Below are positions 50,896-60,625 of a stretch of DNA of 64,000 nt, in pieces (position 1 is the first letter of the stretch; every line of letters begins with the position of its first letter). Where the stretch lies: NCBI GenBank assembly GCA_963712115.1, contig CAVQGX010000031.1:96001-160000 (forward strand). The letters are read 5' to 3'. The notes beneath the pieces are model-generated. The model was not told the DNA's origin. It saw nothing but the letters and a program-made list of their open reading frames with translations, and ran no database searches. The translations under genes and the position numbers were made by a program. Source of the stretch: an uncultured delta proteobacterium (GTDB lineage Bacteria; Desulfobacterota; Syntrophobacteria; BM002).

Positions 50896-51705
50896 ATGAG
50901 TACCAAAGGTAGTTTGTTGACAGAGGATTCTTATATCGTTGCGGCGGGCCGCAGGCTCAGAGTGAGGAAGCTCACACACCCTAATTCCGACGGTGAGGGC
51001 TCTCGACCCACTTTGGTATTTCTCCATGAGGGTTTGGGTTCTATTGAAATGTGGCATGACTTTCCGGCAATCCTGGCAGAGACCACTGCATGCGATTGTC
51101 TAATTTATGACCGCTGGGGCCACGGGAGATCCGACGCACTAGATGTACAAAGAACACTCCGCTATGTTCATCATGAGGCCTTGGACAGCTTGCCTGAGGT
51201 TCTTAACCACTCCAATGTAGATGACGCAATCCTTATCGGTCATAGCGATGGCGGTTCTATTGCTTTGATATTTGCAGCAGAATATCCCGAAATATTGCGA
51301 GGAATAATTACTGAAGCAGCCCATGTTTTTGTAGAAGAGATAACCTTGGAAGGTATCCGGGAAGCATTAGATATTTACAATAATACAGATCTCAAACAAA
51401 AGCTGGCCCGTTATCACGGAGACAAAACAGAAAAGATCTTCAGGGCCTGGCATGAGATCTGGATGCAGCCAGAGTTTAAGAGTTGGGATATTCAGGACTG
51501 CCTGCCGAAAATTAAGTGCCCCGTTTTGGTGATACAGGGAGAAGATGATCAATATGGAACTGCCGCCCAAGTAGAAGCGATAACCAATCAGGTAACTGGC
51601 CCGTCTAAGGTTCTGCTCATCCCAAATTGTGCTCATATACCTCATAGGGAGGCTAAAGACAGAGTTGCCCAGGAGATGACGGAGTTTATATTAGGGCTCC
51701 TGTAG
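50896..51705 (+). CDS. Alpha/beta hydrolase
   Basis: FLHEGLGS, GHSDGG nucleophile elbow, QGEDDQYG, HIPH. Confidence 0.9.
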   Translation: MSTKGSLLTEDSYIVAAGRRLRVRKLTHPNSDGEGSRPTLVFLHEGLGSIEMWHDFPAILAETTACDCLIYDRWGHGRSDALDVQRTLRYVHHEALDSLPEVLNHSNVDDAILIGHSDGGSIALIFAAEYPEILRGIITEAAHVFVEEITLEGIREALDIYNNTDLKQKLARYHGDKTEKIFRAWHEIWMQPEFKSWDIQDCLPKIKCPVLVIQGEDDQYGTAAQVEAITNQVTGPSKVLLIPNCAHIPHREAKDRVAQEMTEFILGLL

Positions 51706-51930
51706 GAATAATTCTAAACTGATTAAGACCATTGAATATCGAATGTAGAACAAGGAACCGCAGAATCATGAAGTAATCACTTCGATCCGCCTGAGGCGGA
51801 TTCGATATTCTACGGTTTAAAATAGTTTCTATAAAACCCACACTCCCCTCGGTGTTATGTGTGTGCCAAGGTCACCCGCTGGCGAGGGGATTGGGGGATT
51901 GAGTAATTGAGGGAATAAGAAGGGGAAACC

Positions 51931-52935
51931 ATGAGAAATACAAGAATTCTCGGCGTAGGAATGTATTTACCTGAGCGAGAAATCACCAACCAGAAACTCG
52001 AGGCCATGGAAGAGTTGCAAACCTCTGACGAATGGATCAGGCAGCGAACCGGCATTCTGACTCGACGCTTTGTTTCTGAAGGCCAATCAGGCACTGATCT
52101 TGCTGTGCAAGCTTCGAAGGAAGCTATCGAAAACGCTAATTTAAGCCCTGATGATATCGACTTCATCATCTATGCTACCCTCAGTCCAGACTACTTCTTC
52201 CCAGGTAATGGCTGCTTTCTGCAGGACAGGCTTTTTGGCGACCGAACAATTGGCGCTCTAGACGTCCGCACTCAATGCTCGGGCTTTATTTACAGTCTTT
52301 CCCTGGCCGACAGTTTGATCAAGACCGGCCAGTATGAACGTATACTCATTGTCGGTGCTGAGGTTCACTCCACAGCTCTGGACTTTACCTTTGCAGGTCG
52401 CGACCTAACTGTACTTTTCGGGGACGGAGCTGGGGCTGTAGTAGTGGGCCCTGCCCCCGAGGGTCACTCAGGCATTCTTGCCCACGCTCTGCATTCAGAG
52501 GGTAAGTATGCCAAGGAACTTTGGACCGAGTATCCTGCCAGCGCTCACAATCCTAGAGTCAGTCATGAAGTCCTCGATCAAGGGAGACACTATCCGCAGA
52601 TGAACGGGAGAATGGTCTTCAAACACGCGGTTACCCGCATGGTAGAGGTAAGTCACGAAGTCCTGGCTAAAGCAGGTAAAAGCATTGAGGAGGTCGATCT
52701 GTTACTTCCCCACCAGGCCAACATCCGCATCAATCAGATGGTGGCATCCCACCTGGGTATTCCCGAAGATAGGATGGTGAATACCATTTCATGGACCGGC
52801 AATACCACGGCAGCCACTATCCCCATTTGTATGTACGAAGCCCTCAGACAAGAAAAACTAAAGGACAACGATCTAGTGCTCCTCACCGCCTTCGGAGCTG
52901 GGTTTACTTGGGCAGCCTCGTTGTTGCACTGGTAG
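51931..52935 (+). CDS. fabH: Beta-ketoacyl-ACP synthase III family protein
   Basis: TSDEWIRQRTGI, QCSGF, LFGDGAGA, PHQANIRI, GNTTAATIP, FGAGFTW. Confidence 0.88.
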   Translation: MRNTRILGVGMYLPEREITNQKLEAMEELQTSDEWIRQRTGILTRRFVSEGQSGTDLAVQASKEAIENANLSPDDIDFIIYATLSPDYFFPGNGCFLQDRLFGDRTIGALDVRTQCSGFIYSLSLADSLIKTGQYERILIVGAEVHSTALDFTFAGRDLTVLFGDGAGAVVVGPAPEGHSGILAHALHSEGKYAKELWTEYPASAHNPRVSHEVLDQGRHYPQMNGRMVFKHAVTRMVEVSHEVLAKAGKSIEEVDLLLPHQANIRINQMVASHLGIPEDRMVNTISWTGNTTAATIPICMYEALRQEKLKDNDLVLLTAFGAGFTWAASLLHW

Positions 52936-53037
52936 CAATTCTTACTAGGCACTAAACACTAAGCACTAGGCACCAATAAGTACAAGAAGTAGTGCATAGT
53001 CCCTAGTGCTTAGTGCCTAGTTCACCGGAGTGACCTG

Positions 53038-55167
53038 ATGAGCGTTCGCTATAAATTTTTGATATTCTTCATGATATTTAGTCTTGCGCCTCTTGTCGTT
53101 GTTACCATAGTAGGCCAACGGGGAATTCTACGAATGGGTGAGACCATATCCGGTTTCGCAAAAAAGAACCGGACAGAAATCGTCAGCAAAGAACTTCAGC
53201 AAACGGCAACGGACTATGCCAAAATACTTGGCCGTGAGAAAGAAGTGCTGGAACTCACACTGAGAATCATTGCCAGAGATGCACAGCGCTTTTTGTCCGA
53301 ACCTCCGAAGGGTGCGGCGAAAGTCTATTTTGCTGACGACTACGACAACCCCGCAAAAGCTCCCAGAGATCTTGTCACTTCTCATAAGCATATCAGAGGT
53401 GCCGCTGGGGAGGGAACCGAACCAATGGTTGTGAGCTTCGGTCACCAGGTCTTTTTGGTCCGACCGGGAGCTGACTGGCGGCATGTGGCAACCGACATTG
53501 GTCGCCTGAGAAGGCTTCTTCCCTTGCACAGTGAGTTTGAGAGCCAATTGGACGACATCCTCTATTGGCAGTATGTCAGCCTGGAGAGCGGCGTTCACGC
53601 AGCCTACCCCGGCCATGGCGGCTATCCTACCGGCTACAACCCACAAACTCGTCCGTGGTATATCTTGGCCAGAGAAAGGGGTGAGTTGGCCTGGAGTACC
53701 CCGTACATAGATGCCTCCACACGTCAGGTCATCATGACTGCCTCTATGCCCATCCGTCACTCTGACGGTTCATTTGCAGGAGTAGCGGCCATCGATGTAC
53801 TTCTTTCAGAGGTTTTACAGGTCCATGAATTATCTTCTCAGTGGTCAACGGCCATGCGCTCCTTTCTCGTCTGGTCAGGGATAAAACAAGAGACCGGTGA
53901 ATACGGCCTCTGGATAATAGCTCGAAAAGACTATGTGGAACATGCCTCTGCCTGGAGCGGCGCGATGGGGGTGGAACGACTAGCATCTTCAGATGTGGAG
54001 ATCATGGAACTGATGGAGGGGGAAATAAAAGCCAGACAAGCCGGCTACATCGATATGCCTTATTTCGGCGTGGATTCTGTCTGGGCCTATGGTCACGCCG
54101 GTGATGACTTGAATCTTATACTCATCGTACCCAAAAGAATCATTTTGGAGGAGTTTGAACGGATACGAGAGTCCTTACATTCAATGGTTAAGGAACAGTG
54201 GCTGGTTACAGGGGTTGTCGCCATTGGAGTGATTCTTTTGCTTATTGTGGTTGGTCTGTGGTTCGCCCACGCCATGATCAGGCCTCTCTTCGTAATGGTT
54301 GAGGGGGTCAAGCGTCTGGCAAAGGGCGATTTCTCTGCACGAATCAATATAAACACAGGCGATGAACGCGATCTGCTGGCCAAGAGCTTCAATGAAATGG
54401 TTCCTCAGCTTGAAGACAGGATACAAATCCGTAAGTCTCTGGAAGTGGCCAAGGAAGTGCAACAAAATCTCCTGCCACAGGAGATACCAAACCTACGGGG
54501 CTTCGACATTGCTGCCAAGAGCGTCTATTGCGACGAGACTGGTGGGGATTACTTCGATTTTTTCCCGTGTGAGGACGAGCATTGCTCCCGCTTTGGCATT
54601 GTAGTCGGTGATGTCACAGGCCATGGAGTTGGAGCGGCCCTACTCATGGCCACTGCTAGAGCGCTCATCAGGGGCTTGGTAACCAGACCAGAGAACCTGG
54701 CCGAGTGTCTAACCCAGGTGAACCGTCTTCTCTCTGCCGATGTGAGGGATAGCGGCAGGTTCATGAGCCTCTTTTTTCTTATGATAGAGGAAGGCTCACC
54801 CACCATTAGCTGGGTGAGAGCCGGACACGATCCGGCTATACTCTTTGATCCCGCCAGGGAGAAAGTGGAGGAACTTGTGGGGCCAGGAATGGTCCTAGGA
54901 GTGGAGGAAGACTATTGTTACGAACAGGTTGACAAGGCTATAGAGACGGACGGAGCAGTTATTCTCATCGGCACCGACGGCATCTGGGAGGCCCACAACT
55001 CTGAGGGAGAGCTGTTCGGCAAAGACCGTCTGCACCAAATAATCCGTGACCATGCTGATAAGTCCGCCGCGGCAATCCAGGGAGCCGTCTTAGATGAAGT
55101 CAGCAAATTTCGCGGCAAACTACCTCAAGAGGATGACATTACAATTGTAGTGATCAAGACCGTGTAA
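53038..55167 (+). CDS. Cache-HAMP-SpoIIE/PP2C serine phosphatase (RsbU-like)
   Basis: YNPQTRPWY Cache, HAMP, GGDYFD, GDVTGHG, TDGIWE, DDITIVV. Confidence 0.9.
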   Translation: MSVRYKFLIFFMIFSLAPLVVVTIVGQRGILRMGETISGFAKKNRTEIVSKELQQTATDYAKILGREKEVLELTLRIIARDAQRFLSEPPKGAAKVYFADDYDNPAKAPRDLVTSHKHIRGAAGEGTEPMVVSFGHQVFLVRPGADWRHVATDIGRLRRLLPLHSEFESQLDDILYWQYVSLESGVHAAYPGHGGYPTGYNPQTRPWYILARERGELAWSTPYIDASTRQVIMTASMPIRHSDGSFAGVAAIDVLLSEVLQVHELSSQWSTAMRSFLVWSGIKQETGEYGLWIIARKDYVEHASAWSGAMGVERLASSDVEIMELMEGEIKARQAGYIDMPYFGVDSVWAYGHAGDDLNLILIVPKRIILEEFERIRESLHSMVKEQWLVTGVVAIGVILLLIVVGLWFAHAMIRPLFVMVEGVKRLAKGDFSARININTGDERDLLAKSFNEMVPQLEDRIQIRKSLEVAKEVQQNLLPQEIPNLRGFDIAAKSVYCDETGGDYFDFFPCEDEHCSRFGIVVGDVTGHGVGAALLMATARALIRGLVTRPENLAECLTQVNRLLSADVRDSGRFMSLFFLMIEEGSPTISWVRAGHDPAILFDPAREKVEELVGPGMVLGVEEDYCYEQVDKAIETDGAVILIGTDGIWEAHNSEGELFGKDRLHQIIRDHADKSAAAIQGAVLDEVSKFRGKLPQEDDITIVVIKTV

Positions 55168-55404
55168 AACTGCCACTTGCTTGAAATTCCCCCTACTTAG
55201 GCAAACCACGAAGACAATAAATGGACAAGAGATGTGCGAAGTGAGATGTGGGATCACACAACTTTGCCTTTTCTTGCATCTCATATCCCACATCACATAT
55301 CCCAAAATTATTGGATGACTGGTTGACTTGCATAGGTGAATTCGGGTATTCATCAGGGGATTGTGACCTCGGTCATGATTTTTTATTTGATAGGAAGAGA
55401 TACC

Positions 55405-56688
55405 ATGGATATCAGCACAGCTGCAAAAGCCGCAAAGGCGGCTGCAATTCAATTGGCCGCCAGCGGAACTGATTTAAAAAACAAGGCACTTGAGGCAATC
55501 GCGGCCGAAATGTGGGCGCACAAAGAAAAAATCCTTGAAGCCAATGACAAGGACCTTGCCTTTAGCCGGGAAAACAACCTCGCGCAACCTCTTTTGAAGA
55601 GGCTAAAATTTGACCAGACAAAGCTTGCTGAGACGATCAGCGGGATTGAGAGCCTCATCGGCTTGCCGGACCCGGTTGGCGTGAGCCTCAGCGCCCGGGA
55701 ACTGGATGAGGGACTGGAGCTTTACCAGGTAACCTGTCCAATTGGGGTGATCGGCGTGATATTTGAATCGCGGCCTGATGCCCTGGTCCAGATTTCAACT
55801 CTTTGTCTGAAGAGCGGCAATGGAGTGCTGCTCAAGGGAGGAAGTGAGGCTGCTCACACCAATCGTGCTCTGGCTGATGTCATTGTCGCAGCGAGCGAAT
55901 CGGCAGGAATACCTGTGGGCTGGCTGCAACTGCTCGAAACCCGGGAGGACGTCAAGGAAATGCTCAAGATGGACGAGAGTATTGATCTCCTAGTTCCCCG
56001 GGGGTCAAACGAGTTTGTCAAGTTTATCATGGACAATTCCAACATTCCTGTCCTTGGGCACGCCGACGGTATCTGCCACGTCTACGTGGATAAAGAAGCA
56101 GATCTGACCATGGCAAGTAACATAGTGGTGGATTCGAAATGTCAGTACGTTGCCGTCTGCAACGCCGCAGAGACACTCCTCGTCCACGAAGCAGTGGCTC
56201 GCGACTTTCTGCCCATGCTGCAGAAAGCCCTTTCCCCCTACAAAGTGGAACTAAGAGGTTGCCCGAAAACGAGGGCGATTATCAAGGTGAAGCCCGCCAC
56301 AGAGGAGGACTGGCGCACCGAATACCTTGATACCATCATGTCAGTCAAGATTGTCACTAGCACGGATGAGGCCATAGAGCACATCAACACCTATGGTTCA
56401 GCTCACACGGATGCGATCGTCACTGCCAACCAAAATACTGCAAACCACTTCACGAACCTGGTAGATTCAGGCAATGTGTTTTGGAACTGCAGTACTCGTT
56501 TTAGTGACGGCTATCGCTACGGGCTAGGCGCCGAGGTGGGCATCAGTACCAGTAAGATCCACGCCCGCGGCCCGGTGGGATTGGAAGGTCTGGTGATCTA
56601 CAAGTGGCAAATCAGGGGTTCCGGACAAATTGTTGCGGACTATGCAGACGGGAGGCGCAAATTCACTCATCGTCCCCTTAAGAAGTAG
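55405..56688 (+). CDS. proA: Gamma-glutamyl phosphate reductase
   Basis: PIGVIGVIFESRP, LKGGSEA, VCNAAETLL, GAEVGISTSKIHARGPVGL. Confidence 0.95.
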   Translation: MDISTAAKAAKAAAIQLAASGTDLKNKALEAIAAEMWAHKEKILEANDKDLAFSRENNLAQPLLKRLKFDQTKLAETISGIESLIGLPDPVGVSLSARELDEGLELYQVTCPIGVIGVIFESRPDALVQISTLCLKSGNGVLLKGGSEAAHTNRALADVIVAASESAGIPVGWLQLLETREDVKEMLKMDESIDLLVPRGSNEFVKFIMDNSNIPVLGHADGICHVYVDKEADLTMASNIVVDSKCQYVAVCNAAETLLVHEAVARDFLPMLQKALSPYKVELRGCPKTRAIIKVKPATEEDWRTEYLDTIMSVKIVTSTDEAIEHINTYGSAHTDAIVTANQNTANHFTNLVDSGNVFWNCSTRFSDGYRYGLGAEVGISTSKIHARGPVGLEGLVIYKWQIRGSGQIVADYADGRRKFTHRPLKK

Positions 56689-56694
56689 TTTGCC

Positions 56695-56733
56695 GTCCGG
56701 ATGTTTCATCAATTGAGGTCGCGAGACCATGAA
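56695..56733. mobile_element. Degenerate truncated end of the 180-bp MITE
   Basis: GTCCGGATGTTTCATCAATTGAGGTCGCGAGACCATGAA vs GCCCGGATATTTCATGAATTGCTGTTGCGAGACCGTGAA. Confidence 0.6.
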
Positions 56734-56741
56734 ATTCGGCG

Positions 56742-57014
56742 CTAATATCTGCTTCTACGCCGCGGACGTTTACCTCGTGGTTCAGCTTGGTTAACCTTTA
56801 TACTGCGACCATTCAAAACCTTACCATTCAAAGCTTTGATCGCCTGGTCAGCTTCCGAGTTGTCTGGCATTTCCACAAAGCCAAACCCCTTAGGTCGTCC
56901 TGAGAACTTATCAGTGATGATTTTAACACTTGACACTTCGCCGAACTCAGAAAAGGCATTTTTCAGATCATTCTCTGTGACGTCATAGGCCAAGTTGCCA
57001 ATATACATATTCAT
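56742..57014 (-). CDS. RRM-domain RNA-binding protein
   Basis: MYIGNL (RNP2), KGFGFVEM (RNP1), Arg-rich tail. Confidence 0.93.
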   Translation of the reverse strand: MNMYIGNLAYDVTENDLKNAFSEFGEVSSVKIITDKFSGRPKGFGFVEMPDNSEADQAIKALNGKVLNGRSIKVNQAEPRGKRPRRRSRY

Positions 57015-57085
57015 AGATGCAATCCTCCATTAACACCCGTTGATTTAATTTGCACTATCAAATAATCAACGGCCCAAAAGGGAAA

Positions 57086-57116
57086 GGGCATCTCGTCTAA
57101 TCTCGGCGAGATGCCC
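57086..57116 (-). terminator. Hairpin after csp gene
   Basis: GGGCATCTCG...CGAGATGCCC followed by TTT on minus strand. Confidence 0.65.
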
Positions 57117-57138
57117 CCATTAAGCGTCTTACCGCCAA

Positions 57139-57339
57139 CTAAATCTTGGTGACGTTCACGGCAGCAGGACCTTTTTGGCCCTGCTCCACATTAAAAGTCA
57201 CACTGTCGCCTTCACTGAGAGATTTGAAACCCGTTGCGTTGATCCCCGAATGGTGAACGAATACATCCGGGCCATCTTCCTGCTCTATGAAGCCGTAGCC
57301 TTTGTGGTCATTAAACCACTTGACAATTCCATTAGCCAT
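57139..57339 (-). CDS. Cold-shock protein
   Basis: [30 protein letters not shown]. Confidence 0.95.
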   Translation of the reverse strand: MANGIVKWFNDHKGYGFIEQEDGPDVFVHHSGINATGFKSLSEGDSVTFNVEQGQKGPAAVNVTKI

Positions 57340-57594
57340 AGTGACACCCTCCTTTCTAAAAAATTCTCATGGTCCCAAACTTGAGGTTGCCACTTTTGAC
57401 AGATGGATCTTCCCCCAGAACGAAACCGGGCCGCCAATAAAGACGGCCCTTTATTGATTGCTTGACGATAACCTACTTCTTCGATGGAAGTCAAATCATT
57501 TATTACTATTTCCTTCTGGAGGTAGCCATGGAAGGAGTTAATTCAGAAGTGCAGTGAGTGAGGAGAACTGGAAATTCAGTTCGATCATTGTGGG

Positions 57595-57695
57595 AGTTTA
57601 TATCCCTTAATCCACACTTCATTCCCCAAAAACCTGGCGCAACATGTAGTGCATTTCTCCAAATAGCAAGAAGTGTAGATTAAAGTATGTAATCT
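57595..57695. repeat. 101-bp inverted-arm element, copy A
   Basis: Left AGTTTATATCCCTTAATCCACACTT, centre CGCAACATGTAGTG, right AAGTGTAGATTAAAGTATGTAATCT. Confidence 0.9.
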
Positions 57696-58016
57696 TCAGT
57701 CCGAGGGCCGATTAAGGCCTTAGATACTACCGACCTAAAAGGTAGTCATCCGAGTGTACATATGACGAGCATATGTCGAATATTCACGGATGATCAAGAC
57801 TTAACCTAAATAGCAGATATTGGAAGTCATAGATCGTAAGACTCATATACAAGAGTTAGAAATGATGGATCTAGATCTGATGAACGGAAATGGTATGGTG
57901 GGGCATTTTAAAATAATACACTGTATGTAATAGAAAAGCTGTTATCATTGGTTGCGCCACTTCTGGATCTCATTCGAATAAACACGCTAGGCTAAGTAGT
58001 AGCTGTCTGCCATCTA

Positions 58017-58814
58017 CTATTTGTATATGTCCGACAAAGGTCGCCGTCGCCTGCCACCCATGATAAGCCCCACGATCCAGCCAAACGTCATAACCCCAGC
58101 ACCGTAGAGAAACCAACGCATATTGCTGGAGGATTGCAGCTTGTCGTAAGTACTCTGCGCTTCCGCGAGCTTCGTCTTCAACTCGGGTAGCTCTGAAGCG
58201 AGCTTTTCTTGAGCTTTCTGCAGTCCCAAGTAATTTGCAGCGCCCTTTTTGAGAGCCTCGTACTTCTTGCTAGTTGCCTCTAGATTCTGCTTGAGTGAGG
58301 CCAACTCTTTCTCGATCCTTTCATTCTCTTGCCCGAGTTCTCGACTACTAGTCTCAATTTCGCTTATTTGTAACTCGAGCCGTTCTTTTTCCTTTGCTAG
58401 TTTTTCGGCAGTGAATTTCCAGGGAGGCCTGTCAGAGATATACCTCTCAAGGGTCCAACCAGTTCGACCATCAGGTAGGCTTACCTGCGCCCAACCGTTC
58501 TCTATTCCGATCATGGTTACCGTTGTACCTATTGGCAATGCAGCTATAATACGATGACTGACATCCGGCCCACTTCGAAGGATAACCTCCAGGGTGGTAT
58601 CTGAGACATAAAGTGTCTCGGCCCAGGCTTTGACGCTGAACAACCATACAGTGAGTAATACTACATGGGCAACAAGTTGAATCGCTTTTCTCAATAGTCG
58701 TCTTTTTCGATGTGTTGTCATTACCCTCTCACATTTCGATGACATCGCAGGCAGCACTATCCAATGACAGAACTTGATCCATTTGGAGTATGACCATAAC
58801 TCTGTAAATCGCAC
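58017..58814 (-). CDS. SH3-domain/coiled-coil membrane protein (TIGR04211/YgiM-like); start uncertain
   Basis: AWAETLYVSD..LRSGP, GWAQV...GW, coiled coil, WFLYGAGV C-terminal TM, RRRR. Confidence 0.88.
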   Translation of the reverse strand: MRFTELWSYSKWIKFCHWIVLPAMSSKCERVMTTHRKRRLLRKAIQLVAHVVLLTVWLFSVKAWAETLYVSDTTLEVILRSGPDVSHRIIAALPIGTTVTMIGIENGWAQVSLPDGRTGWTLERYISDRPPWKFTAEKLAKEKERLELQISEIETSSRELGQENERIEKELASLKQNLEATSKKYEALKKGAANYLGLQKAQEKLASELPELKTKLAEAQSTYDKLQSSSNMRWFLYGAGVMTFGWIVGLIMGGRRRRPLSDIYK

Positions 58815-58947
58815 TATGTCAATAGCTTTAAGGATAGCGAATGAAAATCTTAAACCTTTTGTATTTCACTAATTCCTACGTTTACTTATCTTTTTGAGTC
58901 TTGACCTCATGGGTGGGCAGCATGGAGGGGTGGTGGATGCGGACTTT

Positions 58948-59048
58948 TTATTACATCCCTTAATTCACATTTACAGTTCTAGGGAGCATAGTACTACATC
59001 TTGCGACGGGTCAAAACGGGCGTGAGTGTGGATTAAAGTAATTACTTC
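58948..59048. repeat. 101-bp inverted-arm element, copy B
   Basis: Left TTATTACATCCCTTAATTCACATTT, centre TACTACATCTTGCG, right GAGTGTGGATTAAAGTAATTACTTC. Confidence 0.88.
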
Positions 59049-59227
59049 TTGGAGGGCGGTGCGACTTTAGAGATTGTGGGAAAGTTATTACGCTAGGTAC
59101 ATCATAGTAGGTTTAGTCTTCAGAGATATGGGATACTTCAACCTCCCTTTCCTCTTTATCAGAGATGCAACATTTGCTTTGGCCGACCCATGATTAACTT
59201 GTCATCTACGCAAAACTAGTAAGAACC

Positions 59228-59863
59228 TTATTTATTGATTAGTAGGATAAGCTGATCAGCCAAATCTGGGTCAAGATCTCTTAAAATTTTATATTCTTCC
59301 AGCGCTGATGCCCGGTCACCCTTCCTCAAGTAACACAGCGCCAGAGCATGGCGCGCCTGAGCAAATCCAGGGTTGATAAAGACCGCCTTCTTTAGCACCT
59401 CCATAGCCTTATCGTTAAAGCCAAGTATATTGTATGCTATTCCTAGTCCCAGGTAACCTTGTGCAGAGGTGGGACTTAACTCGATCGTTTTCTTAAAGTA
59501 CGTCAGTGCTTCCTCCCAGTTTTCGAGCCGGGCATAGATAACACCTAAAAAAAAATGGGGCGCTGAAAAATTTGGTTTGATTGCAATAGCATCACTGAAA
59601 GCAACGATAGCTTCCTGCCAACGCCCGAGACTATAATATTTCAATCCCTGATCAACATTTATTGAGGCGAGATAAGGCAGCGTGGGAACTTCCTGCTTGG
59701 CAATCTCATGCTTTTCGCGGATCTTATGGCGTTCGGGATGAGGCGCTATAGCCTCGCAAAATGCTTCTGTAATTGAGGACTGCCAAGTAAAAAGGACAAT
59801 TAAGAGCAATAAAACTGTCTTTGTAACCCCTAAACGCGATGTTATTTGCTTTCCTGGTAACAT
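59228..59863 (-). CDS. Exported tetratricopeptide-repeat protein
   Basis: N-terminal hydrophobic segment, ~4 TPRs, ALEEYKILRDLDP. Confidence 0.85.
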   Translation of the reverse strand: MLPGKQITSRLGVTKTVLLLLIVLFTWQSSITEAFCEAIAPHPERHKIREKHEIAKQEVPTLPYLASINVDQGLKYYSLGRWQEAIVAFSDAIAIKPNFSAPHFFLGVIYARLENWEEALTYFKKTIELSPTSAQGYLGLGIAYNILGFNDKAMEVLKKAVFINPGFAQARHALALCYLRKGDRASALEEYKILRDLDPDLADQLILLINK

Positions 59864-60174
59864 TAGACCTTCTAGATTAAAACGGTGATATCACTCTTCT
59901 TGATTAGACAAAAACCATACCAATTCAAGACCGCGAATAAATTACTTGTTTTCTCCTATACTTAAGAATAATTAGGATGGCAAAAGGGTCTCAAAACCAA
60001 AGTAACTAAGTTCATAGATTTGGCATATTAGTTCCAACATTTAGAAATTTTAGGGATAGGACAGAGCAGGAAAGCTTGGACTGGCACAGGAGGGTACTCG
60101 CTAAGAATAAGAGTGGAAGAGATAGCAAATAAAGGTCATAAATGGAAACCTTATCTCACCCACTTAAAAACTGA

Positions 60175-60275
60175 AGATTACATCCCTTAATTCACACTAT
60201 TGGCTCTAAAGACCCTAGCACAGAATGTGGTACGTGCCCCCGAAGGGGCAAAGTGTAGATTAAAGTATGTTATAT
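60175..60275. repeat. 101-bp inverted-arm element, copy C
   Basis: Left AGATTACATCCCTTAATTCACACTA, centre CACAGAATGTGGTA, right AAGTGTAGATTAAAGTATGTTATAT. Confidence 0.9.
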
Positions 60276-60299
60276 GAAGTCCCACTGGAATCGTAGGAG

Positions 60300-60414
60300 A
60301 GTTTACATTATAACGCTGAAACTTGAATCCAAGGTAAGCTGGTCCATAGCGAGAGAATACAATATGTAGTAGTAAGGTCTCGGACGCTAAAGTTTAGATT
60401 AAAGTATGTAATGT
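60300..60414. repeat. Inverted-arm element, copy D (degenerate left arm)
   Basis: Left AGTTTACATTATAACGCTGAAACTT, centre TACAATATGTAGTA, right AAGTTTAGATTAAAGTATGTAATGT. Confidence 0.8.
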
Positions 60415-60451
60415 TCACTCACCACTGAAAAACCAACGAAGTTGTTAACCC

Positions 60452-60477
60452 CGTCCGACTGCAGCGAGTTGTTGGGC
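60452..60477 (-). other. Truncated integron attC-like half-site
   Basis: Minus strand GCCCAAC-AACTC-GCTGCAG-TCGGACG (RYYYAAC start) ~150 bp downstream of the DUF2254 gene. Confidence 0.55.
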
Positions 60478-60625
60478 GCCAATCTACATGGCACGAATAA
60501 ATTGCGTTTTTTTATCGCTAGTTCTCAGCATGTCGTGCGTATGCTTTCTCAATAATTCAAACAAGGATGTTCCCTACCGCTTACTTACGGCAGCACGACA
60601 CTTCTAATCGCGCGAACTCATTCTG

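Noticed and set aside
3190-55452. Numerous antisense/alternate-frame ORFs (e.g. 3190-3828, 4717-5310, 34157-34765, 39393-39995, 53128-53760)
   Set aside because: Shadows of well-supported genes with no recognisable motifs.
58973-59023. Interior of element B inverted relative to other copies (invertible switch)
   Set aside because: The central box reads better reversed, but the whole interior aligns with copy C in forward orientation; the box is simply a dyad.
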